From: an uncultured virus (IMG/VR IMGVR_UViG_3300005201_000719)
Lineage: Duplodnaviria > Heunggongvirae > Uroviricota > Caudoviricetes
Reading direction: 5' to 3' (one strand)
Virus record (IMG/VR): IMGVR_UViG_3300005201_000719
DNA length: 64,000 nt
Shown: positions 49,727-59,024 of the stretch, in pieces
Layout: the number at the start of each line of letters is the position of its first letter
How positions within the stretch are numbered: the stretch's first letter is position 1
Translations under genes and position numbers: made by a program
Notes under the pieces: model-generated
What the model saw: only the letters and a program-made list of their open reading frames with translations
Databases searched by the model: none
What the model was told of the DNA's origin: nothing

Positions 49727-50851
49727 CTAAAAAATGTCCAGTTGTTCACCGGAGTCACCCGTTTCTGCTTCGGCAGCTTCGGCCATTGCGTGTTCCTGCA
49801 CAGCCGGCTGTTCTTCTTCCTTTGTGGGAGGAACGTTCTTTTTCCCCTTTCCGGATTTCGCACCATCGCCATTCGGATTAACTGTAGATGTAGTAACGGT
49901 ATCGGCCTGCTTTGATTTCGGAGCGTCCAGCCGTTTGTAGAGTTCCGCTTTTTGTTTTTCCAGCAAGTCAGTTACAAAGGCGAGTTTGAGATCGGTCCTC
50001 TCTTTGGGTAACGTGGTAAGTTCTTTCGCTATCAAGTCCCTGACTTGATCCTTTTCGGCGATAGTAAATACCCTTTCGCCAAAATCTTCGCTATCGAGGA
50101 TATTCCCGATTTCGGTCATTGTGTTTTTAAGCTGTTGTTCCGGAGAAGGCGGCGGCGGAGCGGCGCCTTCATTAAGCCAGGCAATCAGTTCCTTGCCAAA
50201 TCTTTTACCGGGCCTGTCGATAAACTTGTCCTGAAATTTGCTGGTGCGATCTTTGGTGACATGGCCGACATGGTTTGCATCCATGGTCATGGCCATGGTG
50301 AATTCGTACTCAAACCCTGCCCGCTGGACTGCGGCAGTACCGACTTTGTTAATAGTGGTTTTGCCCTTATCGTCCTTGTCGACAGAGTATTCCGTTTTAG
50401 ACCGGCAGGTGACTATCACATGGCCAGGGTAACTGAGCATAGCTTCAATCAGCTTCTTTTGTAGCGGCGTCCCCTGTGCCCATGCCCTGAATGACGTATT
50501 GCCGCCCGTCATCGTATTGGCAATGCGATCCACACGTTCTACAAGGGCGTCCCAGGCATGGGACGTGCTGTCAATGATGACAATTTCATACCCGCCTTTT
50601 GCGGCCGCTTCCAGCGCCTCGATGTAGTTCTCAATCTGAAACTCCTGCAAATCCAAAGTGTCAAACGCGAACCTATCGGCGTACAGCGATGCCGAACCAT
50701 GTTCTGAATCAATGAGGGCAATTTTTCCTTTTATTGCCTCAGCCATGCCGTCAGCGGTTGCCAGGGCGGTATATGTTTTTCCGCTCCCTGATATACCGTC
50801 AATCGCAAGCCTAAGCCGCGATTTTGTTTTGACTGCCTTCTTAAATTCCAT
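49727..50851 (-). CDS. Sak4-like AAA recombinase/ATPase
   Basis: GISGSGKT, IDSEHGS, IIDSTSHAW, FEYEF, KDRT. Confidence 0.85.
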   Translation of the reverse strand: MEFKKAVKTKSRLRLAIDGISGSGKTYTALATADGMAEAIKGKIALIDSEHGSASLYADRFAFDTLDLQEFQIENYIEALEAAAKGGYEIVIIDSTSHAWDALVERVDRIANTMTGGNTSFRAWAQGTPLQKKLIEAMLSYPGHVIVTCRSKTEYSVDKDDKGKTTINKVGTAAVQRAGFEYEFTMAMTMDANHVGHVTKDRTSKFQDKFIDRPGKRFGKELIAWLNEGAAPPPPSPEQQLKNTMTEIGNILDSEDFGERVFTIAEKDQVRDLIAKELTTLPKERTDLKLAFVTDLLEKQKAELYKRLDAPKSKQADTVTTSTVNPNGDGAKSGKGKKNVPPTKEEEQPAVQEHAMAEAAEAETGDSGEQLDIF

Positions 50852-50895
50852 AGAAAACTCCTTATGTTCCCCGGCTTTCACCGGGGAGATTGTGG

Positions 50896-51774
50896 TTAGG
50901 CCGCTTCCGCCTCATTAGCAGTAGCGACATTGTTGTGGTAAAAATCGCAGTACTCACAACAAGAACAGTATTCGGTGCAGCGTACCGATTCCCCGGGACG
51001 TACTTCAACAGAATGCCCAGCGCCCAAATCGGCAGCCAATTTTTCCGCTTCATCGGAATTGTCCAGAACACGCACGGCGTTTTTGCGGCCTTCCTTCCGG
51101 ACAGCGTATTTTGTGGGCTTTTCCCAGCGTTCCTTTGCGGAACAGGGCGGGATTTCGTTGTCCTCCGCTTCCAGATACTGCTTGTATTCGGCGACTTTGG
51201 CTTTTATGAAGGTTTCGATTTCCGCAAGAGCTTCTTCGGTAACCTCAAACTCATAGACATACATGGGCAGTTGCGGATATGATGAATCACGCTTGGCGTC
51301 CCGCTTGGAATGGTCTTTGATCAAGGCGACAAACCGGCAAGTTTTAACCTCAATTCTGTTCTTTCGCAGGAGCCAAGCGTAAATCAGCCCCTGCTTTCTC
51401 CAGTCCTCAAAGTCCTGAAACTTAATTTTCCAGACAGACACGCTTTTGTAGTCCGACAGGACGCCGGTCTTCATGTTGTAGTTGTCAATCCGACCAGTAA
51501 CGATGATGCCGTCCACATCATAGGAAATAAATTCCTCTGCGAATTCATCAGCGCCTTCATCTTCCAGTACCGAATGAATAGCAGTCCCGATAACCGCCCA
51601 GAAGCGTTCCGAAACATCTTCCTCAAGGCGGTCCCAGTGGCGATCCCGGAGTAGTATCTGCTTTGTACCAGTTAACAACGTGGTCGCAGATAACCGCCCA
51701 GGATCATTGTGCTTCCGGACAGTACACGCTTTGACCAGTGCTTCCGGAAGGTTCATTTTGTTAGTTATTTTCAT
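50896..51774 (-). CDS. PD-(D/E)XK (Cas4/RecB-like) exonuclease
   Basis: GTAIH, TGRID, DYKS, Q..IY and a C-terminal Cys cluster. Confidence 0.8.
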   Translation of the reverse strand: MKITNKMNLPEALVKACTVRKHNDPGRLSATTLLTGTKQILLRDRHWDRLEEDVSERFWAVIGTAIHSVLEDEGADEFAEEFISYDVDGIIVTGRIDNYNMKTGVLSDYKSVSVWKIKFQDFEDWRKQGLIYAWLLRKNRIEVKTCRFVALIKDHSKRDAKRDSSYPQLPMYVYEFEVTEEALAEIETFIKAKVAEYKQYLEAEDNEIPPCSAKERWEKPTKYAVRKEGRKNAVRVLDNSDEAEKLAADLGAGHSVEVRPGESVRCTEYCSCCEYCDFYHNNVATANEAEAA

Positions 51775-51825
51775 TCACTAACTCCTTTCTCCAAATATAT
51801 TTTGAGTCGCGACGCGACTTTTTCC

Positions 51826-52590
51826 CTAAAACAATTCCCCCTGGATATATTCCAGAGCCGGGGGTAGTGTTATTTCTTTTTCCTCATGCGTTTCCACTTC
51901 CTGCAATTCTGGATTGGCAATAATGTCGCGCATTTGTTCAGCTCTTAACCGAAAGTCCATACCAGCCATGTGATAGCCAATGGTTTCCCTATGCCAGTAC
52001 GTCTCATCAGGGAACAATGCATTACCGCAGATAATCACCGCTGGGACAGCTAATAAACTTAATTGAATAAATGTCATTCGTGCACATCTTGGATCAATGT
52101 CTATACCGTGGAAGAAAACGTCCTGCTGGTAGTTAATCCCACGTTTCTTCATTACCGACGCGCCGGCAATAAGCATACCGCCCGCACCACAGCAAGGATC
52201 GCATATTTTAATAACACGGTCTTTTGAGCAATCGGTATCCCCGATTGCTACTTCCGCCATGAGTTGTGAAATATGAAAAGGCGTGAAAAACTGTCCGCTT
52301 CTTGAATTGGTCAGCTCTCCTATAGTAAAAACTTCTCCTAAGAAATCCTGTTCCTTTTCTTCAAGGGCTTCGATGGTCATATACAATAGTTCAGAGAGTT
52401 GCTTTAATTCTTCAGCGGTATACTGTTTTGAGATTTGTAGATATTCTTCTTCGACAGCTTTATCATTTTTCCATGGTGCGTATAGTGTTGCCGAGGCAAG
52501 TACCAGCCAATCATTGAAAATTTCATATCTATGCTTAGAGGGTTTTATTTTATCAAGTAACTTAACAAAGTTTTGCGCTTGTTGTGTCAT
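51826..52590 (-). CDS. N6-adenine methyltransferase-like protein (HsdM-like fragment)
   Basis: GQFFTP, DPCCGAGGML, GIDID; no NPPY motif seen. Confidence 0.75.
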   Translation of the reverse strand: MTQQAQNFVKLLDKIKPSKHRYEIFNDWLVLASATLYAPWKNDKAVEEEYLQISKQYTAEELKQLSELLYMTIEALEEKEQDFLGEVFTIGELTNSRSGQFFTPFHISQLMAEVAIGDTDCSKDRVIKICDPCCGAGGMLIAGASVMKKRGINYQQDVFFHGIDIDPRCARMTFIQLSLLAVPAVIICGNALFPDETYWHRETIGYHMAGMDFRLRAEQMRDIIANPELQEVETHEEKEITLPPALEYIQGELF

Positions 52591-52637
52591 ATACTCTCCG
52601 ATAAACCGCCCGGGTTGCCCCGGGCACGGTTTGTCAA

Positions 52638-52916
52638 TTAGACTGCCTTCCTTTCATACTGAGCGAAAGACAATTCTTCTTTCTTGATTTTGCTGAGTTC
52701 GCAAAACACGACTTTGAACGTGTTAATTTCTGCGGCGGTTATCTTACTGTTGGACGGATACAAGGCTTCGACCTTCCCCACAAAACTCGACACCACAAAC
52801 GATTCATTCGGAAACACCGCTTTGAGCGCCCCTTTTACCTGTCGGGCAACCCGATCCCCGTTGAACGTTCGTTCTTTCTTCGCTTTCTTTTCTTTCTTCT
52901 CTGTTTTCTGGTCCAT
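52638..52916 (-). CDS. Hypothetical protein
   Basis: AAGGAG RBS; ORF. Confidence 0.5.
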   Translation of the reverse strand: MDQKTEKKEKKAKKERTFNGDRVARQVKGALKAVFPNESFVVSSFVGKVEALYPSNSKITAAEINTFKVVFCELSKIKKEELSFAQYERKAV

Positions 52917-52986
52917 GATGAAACTCCTTTAGCCTTCATGGTTTGTTTGTTCAAGCGCAACGCGCCTAGGCTATCGCCGACTGTTT

Positions 52987-53379
52987 TCAGTTTCGACCGG
53001 GAGCCACCCGGCCAGTCATCAGGACGAATAATCCGTTTTCTTTATTCTTCTTAATAATTTCCTCCACCATGGCTTTTAACTCCTGCGTATCTTTATCAGA
53101 TAGCGGGCCAAAATCACCCCCAACGTCAGCACATAGGAAAATATCACCCATGATTGGGCTTCCGTGTTTGTCAGTTCCGTATAGGTAGCTGCCGACCTCG
53201 TTCAATTCGCTGTCGTTCAATAGTCCTTCGTCATCTACAACCATGAAGAACTTACGGCTTAACCTTGTAGGCCTTACCGCCTCCGCATAACCGCTTTTGA
53301 ATTGCTTTTGCATTTGCTCAAACGTAAAATCACCGGTTGTTACTTCGTTTTTTGTTGTGATCAGTATTGCTTTCATCAT
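52987..53379 (-). CDS. DUF3846-like protein
   Basis: MVVDDEGLL...N..GS.LYG....PIMGD. Confidence 0.65.
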   Translation of the reverse strand: MMKAILITTKNEVTTGDFTFEQMQKQFKSGYAEAVRPTRLSRKFFMVVDDEGLLNDSELNEVGSYLYGTDKHGSPIMGDIFLCADVGGDFGPLSDKDTQELKAMVEEIIKKNKENGLFVLMTGRVAPGRN

Positions 53380-54221
53380 TAACCCCCAATCCCCATTTTT
53401 TTGATTATCTCGTTAGGTGATAATCTGTATGCGGTTTTGAACTCAACGTAAAACTGGTTTTGTTTTAGTATTCCCAATTTTCGTAGTTTACTATCTCGTT
53501 CTTCCATGCTGCTCCCGTATCTGTGTTCTAATGTTTGGCCATATCCGTGTGGAAAATCTGAATCTGTTAATTCAGGGGTTGTTTCCAACCAGCGAAAACC
53601 GTGACGTCGAAAGAACGAAGGGTGTATCAGTGCATAGGATATTTTCAGTGGGTTACTAGGCTGTCTCCAGTGTTTTACCTGTACGCTTTTAATTGCCCAC
53701 TCTGATGATTTTGTAAATGTATCCATTATATTAAGGCCGACACGGTAGCCTTGAGTTTCCAGTGTTGTAATTACATCTAGCATTTTCTTTCCGGCGACTA
53801 CAACCATGTTTGCGTCTGTTGCTGCCATCACGCTCATGCAATATACAATCGTGATGACTTTTGCCTTCTGTTCGCTTTGCTGGGTTGTTATCATACTCGT
53901 TGGGTAACCGGCTATGGCATTAGGCACATGAGGTGCATACCCTACGACATTCACTGAGGGCATATTTTTAGGTTTGTTTTCCATGTGCGTTATGCGAATA
54001 CCTGTTGACGTCATTTGATCAAGCCCTTCTTTGTAACCGTTCAAAGCCAACATGGTCGCTTCTTCATAGCTATTAGTCATGGAAAAATCGTAATCATTAT
54101 CATGGCTTGACAGTCTCTGATCTTCAAATACGTTGTTAGGTTTTCGCTTGTCTATGATGCCGACATATTCCGCAAGGCTGTTAAATTCTTCGTATATGAT
54201 GTTTATTCCGTCATGTATCAT
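53379..54221 (-). CDS. vWA-like partner of the MoxR-type ATPase
   Basis: VVGYAPHVPNAIAGYP, HPSFFRR; directly downstream of the AAA gene. Confidence 0.6.
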   Translation of the reverse strand: MIHDGINIIYEEFNSLAEYVGIIDKRKPNNVFEDQRLSSHDNDYDFSMTNSYEEATMLALNGYKEGLDQMTSTGIRITHMENKPKNMPSVNVVGYAPHVPNAIAGYPTSMITTQQSEQKAKVITIVYCMSVMAATDANMVVVAGKKMLDVITTLETQGYRVGLNIMDTFTKSSEWAIKSVQVKHWRQPSNPLKISYALIHPSFFRRHGFRWLETTPELTDSDFPHGYGQTLEHRYGSSMEERDSKLRKLGILKQNQFYVEFKTAYRLSPNEIIKKMGIGG

Positions 54222-55426
54222 GCTGCCACCATCTCTCTTAAAACCCTTGTGTATTCATTTGCGCTTGTGTCCATATTGCTGTAGATTGTTCGCAAATCAT
54301 CTTTTGCCAGACTGCGTATCAGCCCTATTTGAATAGCTTCTGTTTTCCCAAATACAGCGCTTAATTTTGCAAGCCTTTCTATAGACCGATAGGAAACTAC
54401 AAATTTTATTTTCGCGGCCTGTACTGCCATGCGGAAACTGCGTACAAAATGGACCAATTCATGATTGCCGTTAGCGACCGCCTCTTCGATTACGGCACTG
54501 TAGTCGATTTCCACAATGGCGAACCTGTCCAGCGATGCAGCGTCTAACTGGTAACGACCGGTGTACTCGATGTCCGCGCCCGTACCGTATGTGTTGCCTG
54601 CGGCTACAATGCGGAAATCCTCATGGGCGTTTACCCTACCAGTGGGAAAGTCAAAATAACGGTTTGCTATAGCAGCGTTCAGAATGACAAGTACCTCGGG
54701 TGTGGATGCGTCGATTTCGTCCAACATGAAGATCCCGCCGTTGGTAAAAGCCTTATAAAACTGCGTTTCGTGGTAATTGCCGTTTGCGTCTATGAAGCCT
54801 GTCAATTTGTATTCCTGCGTAACGGCGTTTGAAAAGTAAAACTCCATACTCAGGGCTTCGCTTATCTGTTTGCAGATAACGTTCTTTCCGCTCCCTGCCG
54901 GCCCTGTCAGAAATACCGGGATGTCGGCAGATACCAGTTTAAGAACTGTCTCAAACTTTTCATGGACTATGCCCTCTATGACTTTGTTTCCGGCAGGGCT
55001 TTTCACTTCAATTTTCTTTGGCAGAGTACCGTATGTTTCGCTGATGTAGTGGTCAATCTGGTCTTTCGACATAGTGATTACATTTTCAACGGCAATACTG
55101 GCAACCGCCTGGGCAATTAAAGCATCCAGTGCGGATGTCGTTTGTGATTGGGGAATTGGAGCTGACGCGGGTATTGATGATGTCATGCCTGTCAATACTT
55201 CCTGTGTCTTGCCATTTTCCCAGACGGCCCGGCAGGAATCGAATAATGACTCTGCTTCTTCCCGGCAACGTTCAAATATCTTGAACGGTCTCCCGGAATT
55301 GACCTCGCAATAATTATCTAGGGGATCGTAAATATACGAGCCAAAAATAATGAGAGGCTTGTACTCAGTCGCGTCATGTTCAATAACGCAAGTTACGGAG
55401 CCTTTTCTTCCCAAAACTACTTTCAT
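54218..55426 (-). CDS. MoxR/CobS-like AAA+ ATPase
   Basis: GPAGSGKN, FMLDEID, AAGNTYG, GRYQLDAASLDRF. Confidence 0.88.
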   Translation of the reverse strand: MKVVLGRKGSVTCVIEHDATEYKPLIIFGSYIYDPLDNYCEVNSGRPFKIFERCREEAESLFDSCRAVWENGKTQEVLTGMTSSIPASAPIPQSQTTSALDALIAQAVASIAVENVITMSKDQIDHYISETYGTLPKKIEVKSPAGNKVIEGIVHEKFETVLKLVSADIPVFLTGPAGSGKNVICKQISEALSMEFYFSNAVTQEYKLTGFIDANGNYHETQFYKAFTNGGIFMLDEIDASTPEVLVILNAAIANRYFDFPTGRVNAHEDFRIVAAGNTYGTGADIEYTGRYQLDAASLDRFAIVEIDYSAVIEEAVANGNHELVHFVRSFRMAVQAAKIKFVVSYRSIERLAKLSAVFGKTEAIQIGLIRSLAKDDLRTIYSNMDTSANEYTRVLREMVAA

Positions 55427-55746
55427 GCTACTACCCCCTGTTCTTCGCTTTCCGATTTGCCACAATTACGCAAAGGAACCGAAACTCCGAGAGAATAATA
55501 AAGAACTTCCTCTCTGCCGATAGAGAGGGCGGCAAGCGCAACGTCCGCCATGATACTTACTGCTTCGTCCCGCCTCATTTTGATTCTGGAAAGGGTACTT
55601 TGCATAACCCCCACGAACAAACAAAACCCACCAGGATTGTCCGTAAATGTTTCTTTTATGTAAGTCACCCTCGGACTCGCTGATATGGTGGACAACGGGA
55701 GATCAAAAACTTTTTCACAAATTACTTGGGCCTCAGCTAGCTTCAT
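55423..55746 (-). CDS. Hypothetical protein
   Basis: AGGAGG RBS; coupled ORF. Confidence 0.45.
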   Translation of the reverse strand: MKLAEAQVICEKVFDLPLSTISASPRVTYIKETFTDNPGGFCLFVGVMQSTLSRIKMRRDEAVSIMADVALAALSIGREEVLYYSLGVSVPLRNCGKSESEEQGVVA

Positions 55747-56405
55747 CACAGCACCTCCTTTTGACCGAACCAAAATGAAAAGCAATCCATTGTGTGTACC
55801 GATTCGTTGGCGAGTTCCCAAAGCAGACTATGTGCGGTTTGCCCAGCTTCATAATCACCATCTCGTGCTGATTTAATAAGGAAGGGAAGGCTTGCTATAG
55901 CCTCGTCAAATTCTTCTTTGGTGCTTTTACCAAACTTGCCTATGACTTTGGCTATTCCATTCACCTTGTATCTCGTTTCGTGGCGTTTCTGGAAGCCAAA
56001 GAAGCTTGTAATATCTTCCCATGTTCCCCCTGCCAATTCTTCTTTGAAGTTGTTTTCTTTTCCCCATACTTCGGATCGGCCTTTAATTCGCTTATGGCCT
56101 GATTCTGGGGTGATTGTATAAACCACATCGCCGCTTTCCATTTCGCAGAAGCGGAAATCATCATAGATTTCTCCATCCAGAGGGCAGTTGTTTTTGAAGA
56201 AAACGAACATCCTGTCAACATTGATTTTTGATGATGTTGCAATCTGTTTTACTTTAGGGAACATTGCGTCAAGCCTTGGCTTGAGTTCTTCATCTTCACA
56301 GAACCAGTCATACCAACCGGCATCTATCATCGTGTCCCTATCGGAGTTTTGATACCTTCCGTTTTCGTAGTTACGGATAAATTCTCTGACGGTTATTTCG
56401 CTCAT
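55746..56405 (-). CDS. Hypothetical phage protein
   Basis: GWYDWFC, FKNNCP, YDDFRF motifs. Confidence 0.6.
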   Translation of the reverse strand: MSEITVREFIRNYENGRYQNSDRDTMIDAGWYDWFCEDEELKPRLDAMFPKVKQIATSSKINVDRMFVFFKNNCPLDGEIYDDFRFCEMESGDVVYTITPESGHKRIKGRSEVWGKENNFKEELAGGTWEDITSFFGFQKRHETRYKVNGIAKVIGKFGKSTKEEFDEAIASLPFLIKSARDGDYEAGQTAHSLLWELANESVHTMDCFSFWFGQKEVL

Positions 56406-56905
56406 GCTGGTATCCGTCCTTTGGTATCCAGCTCGATTCTTTTGCCGTCGAGCTTATATACAAGCCATGCACCTTTTGGATATTCACCTTTGTTTATGCC
56501 TTTCATTAAAAGGGCGCTTGCTTGATTTTCTGAAACGGCGTCGATAATCCCTACACGCCGTTCGTATTCGTTGTCACCTTCTGAATCAACATACCAATCC
56601 AAAACTTCAAAGTGCAAAGTTTTTGGTTCGGTACAGGATTTAGATTCCGGTGAAGCGTTACTGGTCTCATCATTGAGGAAGTTTTTCATTGCAGGAAAGA
56701 ATTCTTTTCTGACGCACCAGCCGGAACTCACCCAGAAATAAGTACCGCCAAAAGGATTTTCTTTCTCTACAAAGTTGTAGAGCGTCATACCGCTGTCATC
56801 TGCTAAGGCTATGACCATGTTTTCGCCATCACCTTTGGCGATGCTGTGCTTGGGGTTGCCTTTGATTTCAAGCCACTCAGCCAAATTTTTAGGTTCTTTC
56901 ATCAT
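56402..56905 (-). CDS. Hypothetical protein
   Basis: Coupled ORF. Confidence 0.5.
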   Translation of the reverse strand: MMKEPKNLAEWLEIKGNPKHSIAKGDGENMVIALADDSGMTLYNFVEKENPFGGTYFWVSSGWCVRKEFFPAMKNFLNDETSNASPESKSCTEPKTLHFEVLDWYVDSEGDNEYERRVGIIDAVSENQASALLMKGINKGEYPKGAWLVYKLDGKRIELDTKGRIPA

Positions 56906-57156
56906 TTGGAACCTGCCTTCTGGACTTCCTTGTAGCCATGCCGTTCCATATACTTTTTTGCGGCCCGAAGCGTTTTGAACTCTTTACCCATGGCATAGGG
57001 TATTTTTCCTCTGAATCGGCGGCTGTATAATTCTATTTGCTCATCGCCTTCCGCACGAAATCCAGAACCTATACCGGGATAGTTGTAAGATTGAATACGC
57101 CCTTCGATTCTGCCTTTTTCAAAATGAATGATCAGTTCTTTTTGTTCCTTTCTCAT
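56902..57156 (-). CDS. Hypothetical protein
   Basis: AAGGAG RBS; first gene after the promoter at 57257-57285. Confidence 0.5.
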   Translation of the reverse strand: MRKEQKELIIHFEKGRIEGRIQSYNYPGIGSGFRAEGDEQIELYSRRFRGKIPYAMGKEFKTLRAAKKYMERHGYKEVQKAGSK

Positions 57157-57225
57157 CTAAATCTCCTTTGGCCTCTATAGAGGGCCTTTCGGCTTCCGGG
57201 GCTTCCGGCAGCCGTTTATTAAGTG

Positions 57226-57432
57226 TTCTAGTATCGGAATACTAGAATATATATTAAAAATACCCCCGCCGTAGGGGCCTGTCAAGGTTTATAGCCAAAT
57301 TTTTTGAAAATTCTCCAAAAATCGTGTTTTTTTTGGGATTTTTTAGTGTTCTGGTATTCCGAAAGTGGGTCATTTTGACCCATATAGCTGTGTCATTTTG
57401 ACCCACAAAATGTCCCATAGTCGGAATACTAT
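57226..57432. promoter_or_regulatory. Divergent control region with repeated operator-like motifs
   Basis: Leftward TTGACA-17-TATTTT (57285-57257); TCGGAATACYA motif three times; GTCATTTTGACCCA twice. Confidence 0.6.
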
Positions 57433-58069
57433 TACCATTTTTTTCTTGATCTGGTATGCTTTTTTGATGTAGACTGTTCCTTATGGAAGGAATCACAGCA
57501 CTACAAATGTCCCAGATTTTGGGCATCTCAGCAGACGGTGTAAAAAGGCGGCTCCAAAAAAGAGGCATCAAACCGTTTATGTATTTAGGTCCCACTGGTT
57601 TGTACAAAGAAGCTGATCTGGAAGCCATAAAAAAAGATGGTGTCATGGGGCGGCCGAAAAAAGATCCGACAGCGAAAACCACCCCAAAGAAAAAGGCAAA
57701 AAAGACAGCTAAAAAACCCTGATAGGGAAACAGCTCTCCCTGCCTCTCCGGAATATGCTCCGGCTGCTTTGCCAGGGCTTCTTCCCTTTTAAGCTGATCC
57801 TCTATAAGCAACTCAAGCAAAGATTTCACTCTCCGGTATAAGCTGTTGTTTTGATCTGCTACCTCAAAAGAATCCCGTCGATGGCGCCGCGCCATACGGA
57901 GGATAGTATCGGGGTACATATTGATTGCTTTTGGATAGATACTTACGACATCAGTTTTCAGTTCATTGCCGTGGAATTCATGGCCGATAGGATAGCAGTC
58001 GATAACTTCTTTTACAGCATCGCTCATAGAGTTGAGTTTTTTCTCTTTTTCCTGCCGGCTATCTGCCAT
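57254..58069 (-). CDS. Hypothetical protein; only the N-terminal ~115 aa look like genuine coding sequence
   Basis: After QGELF the frame runs antisense through the HTH gene and the control region. Confidence 0.45.
   Translation of the reverse strand: MADSRQEKEKKLNSMSDAVKEVIDCYPIGHEFHGNELKTDVVSIYPKAINMYPDTILRMARRHRRDSFEVADQNNSLYRRVKSLLELLIEDQLKREEALAKQPEHIPERQGELFPYQGFLAVFFAFFFGVVFAVGSFFGRPMTPSFFMASRSASLYKPVGPKYINGLMPLFWSRLFTPSAEMPKIWDICSAVIPSIRNSLHQKSIPDQEKNGNSIPTMGHFVGQNDTAIWVKMTHFRNTRTLKNPKKNTIFGEFSKNLAINLDRPLRRGYF
57483..57722 (+). CDS. Small HTH DNA-binding protein
   Basis: ITALQMSQILGISADGVKRRL, GRPKK, basic tail. Confidence 0.7.
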   Translation: MEGITALQMSQILGISADGVKRRLQKRGIKPFMYLGPTGLYKEADLEAIKKDGVMGRPKKDPTAKTTPKKKAKKTAKKP

Positions 58070-58091
58070 GGAAAACGCTCCAGTAGTTAAG

Positions 58092-58115
58092 TCCCGCCCC
58101 ACGAGGGGGACGGGA
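58092..58115 (-). promoter_or_regulatory. Hairpin downstream of VR2, a homologue of the VR1 hairpin
   Basis: TCCCGCCCCACGAGGGGGACGGGA versus TCCCGCCCCACAAGGGGGCGGGA at 4136. Confidence 0.75.
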
Positions 58116-58131
58116 TGTTAGATAGGTGTGG

Positions 58132-58995
58132 CTACGCCACACAGAAGCCGGGGGCAACGCCACCCACCTCAGACGCACCGTAGTAATAGCTATGACCATA
58201 GTGGCTGCAAGTACAGAAATTGGCGGCGGACGAAGCCGAGGCAGATGATGTCCAGTACCAGTGCGTATCATCTTCCCAAACCTTGATCCTGTTTTTGATT
58301 TGCGAGAAAAAAGAAAGTTGAAAAGGCTCATCATAAAAATTAGATTCAGGTTCCCAGTATTCCCCGTCACCAAATAACTCCGTTGCCGTAGGCAGAGTAA
58401 TCTCCAGCCCGTCATTGTTTTCAAGTAACAAATCGGATATGTCCATCGCGTTGAGAAAGTCTGTATTGAGGTATTTAGCCAGAGCGCTTTCGGAGAAGCC
58501 CCCTTTGTTTGTATCTTTGGCGTTAATGGCGGATCTGAAAATTATATCTTCAAAGTTGAATAAGGCCTTACCATTCTCTGTTACTTCGACGAGCTGTACC
58601 TTCGATTCGATGTGCCGAGCAGGAAAGTCTAAACCGTCATAGCTTGCTGCAGGTACGTCAAACGAAACGCGGATAAAATCGCCAAAATTAAAATTCTCTA
58701 CCGCCTCTGCCGGCGCAGTACGGATATAGTCTTGTACCGCTTTGAACGCATGACGCCAATCACTGGCTCCCAAGTACCGTGTGAGATCGCGCGTTTCACC
58801 GGGGGCACGATTACCTTTCTCAGCGGTGTTTGCTTTTCCCGGTTTGTATCCCAGATCGCCAGGTACATCATCAACAGGCATCACTTTGAGTTTCAGCGGG
58901 GTAACTCTTTGCCGATACTTGCTCGAAAACTCAATGACTTCAAATCCGGCTTTGTTCATTGCCGAAATTGCCCTGTTCAATAAATCGTTAATCAT
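58132..58995 (-). CDS. DGR target 2 (remote): early-region protein with a C-terminal CLec-like (DUF6273-like) variable domain
   Basis: AGGAGG RBS before the ATG at 58995; DTNKGGFSES, LPTATELFG, RIKVW...WYW, ending SEVGGVAPGFCVA like target 1. Confidence 0.92.
   Translation of the reverse strand: MINDLLNRAISAMNKAGFEVIEFSSKYRQRVTPLKLKVMPVDDVPGDLGYKPGKANTAEKGNRAPGETRDLTRYLGASDWRHAFKAVQDYIRTAPAEAVENFNFGDFIRVSFDVPAASYDGLDFPARHIESKVQLVEVTENGKALFNFEDIIFRSAINAKDTNKGGFSESALAKYLNTDFLNAMDISDLLLENNDGLEITLPTATELFGDGEYWEPESNFYDEPFQLSFFSQIKNRIKVWEDDTHWYWTSSASASSAANFCTCSHYGHSYYYGASEVGGVAPGFCVA
58148..58240 (-). repeat. DGR variable repeat VR2
   Basis: Gap-free 93-nt match to the TR with 11 mismatches, all at TR adenines. 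Confidence 0.97.
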
Positions 58996-59024
58996 AAAAC
59001 CTCCTAAGTTCAAAATTGAACTAC

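Noticed and set aside
50896..51774. Cas4-like nuclease as part of a CRISPR-Cas system
   Set aside because: No cas1/cas2 or array is present. It sits with Sak4 and SSB in a recombination module.
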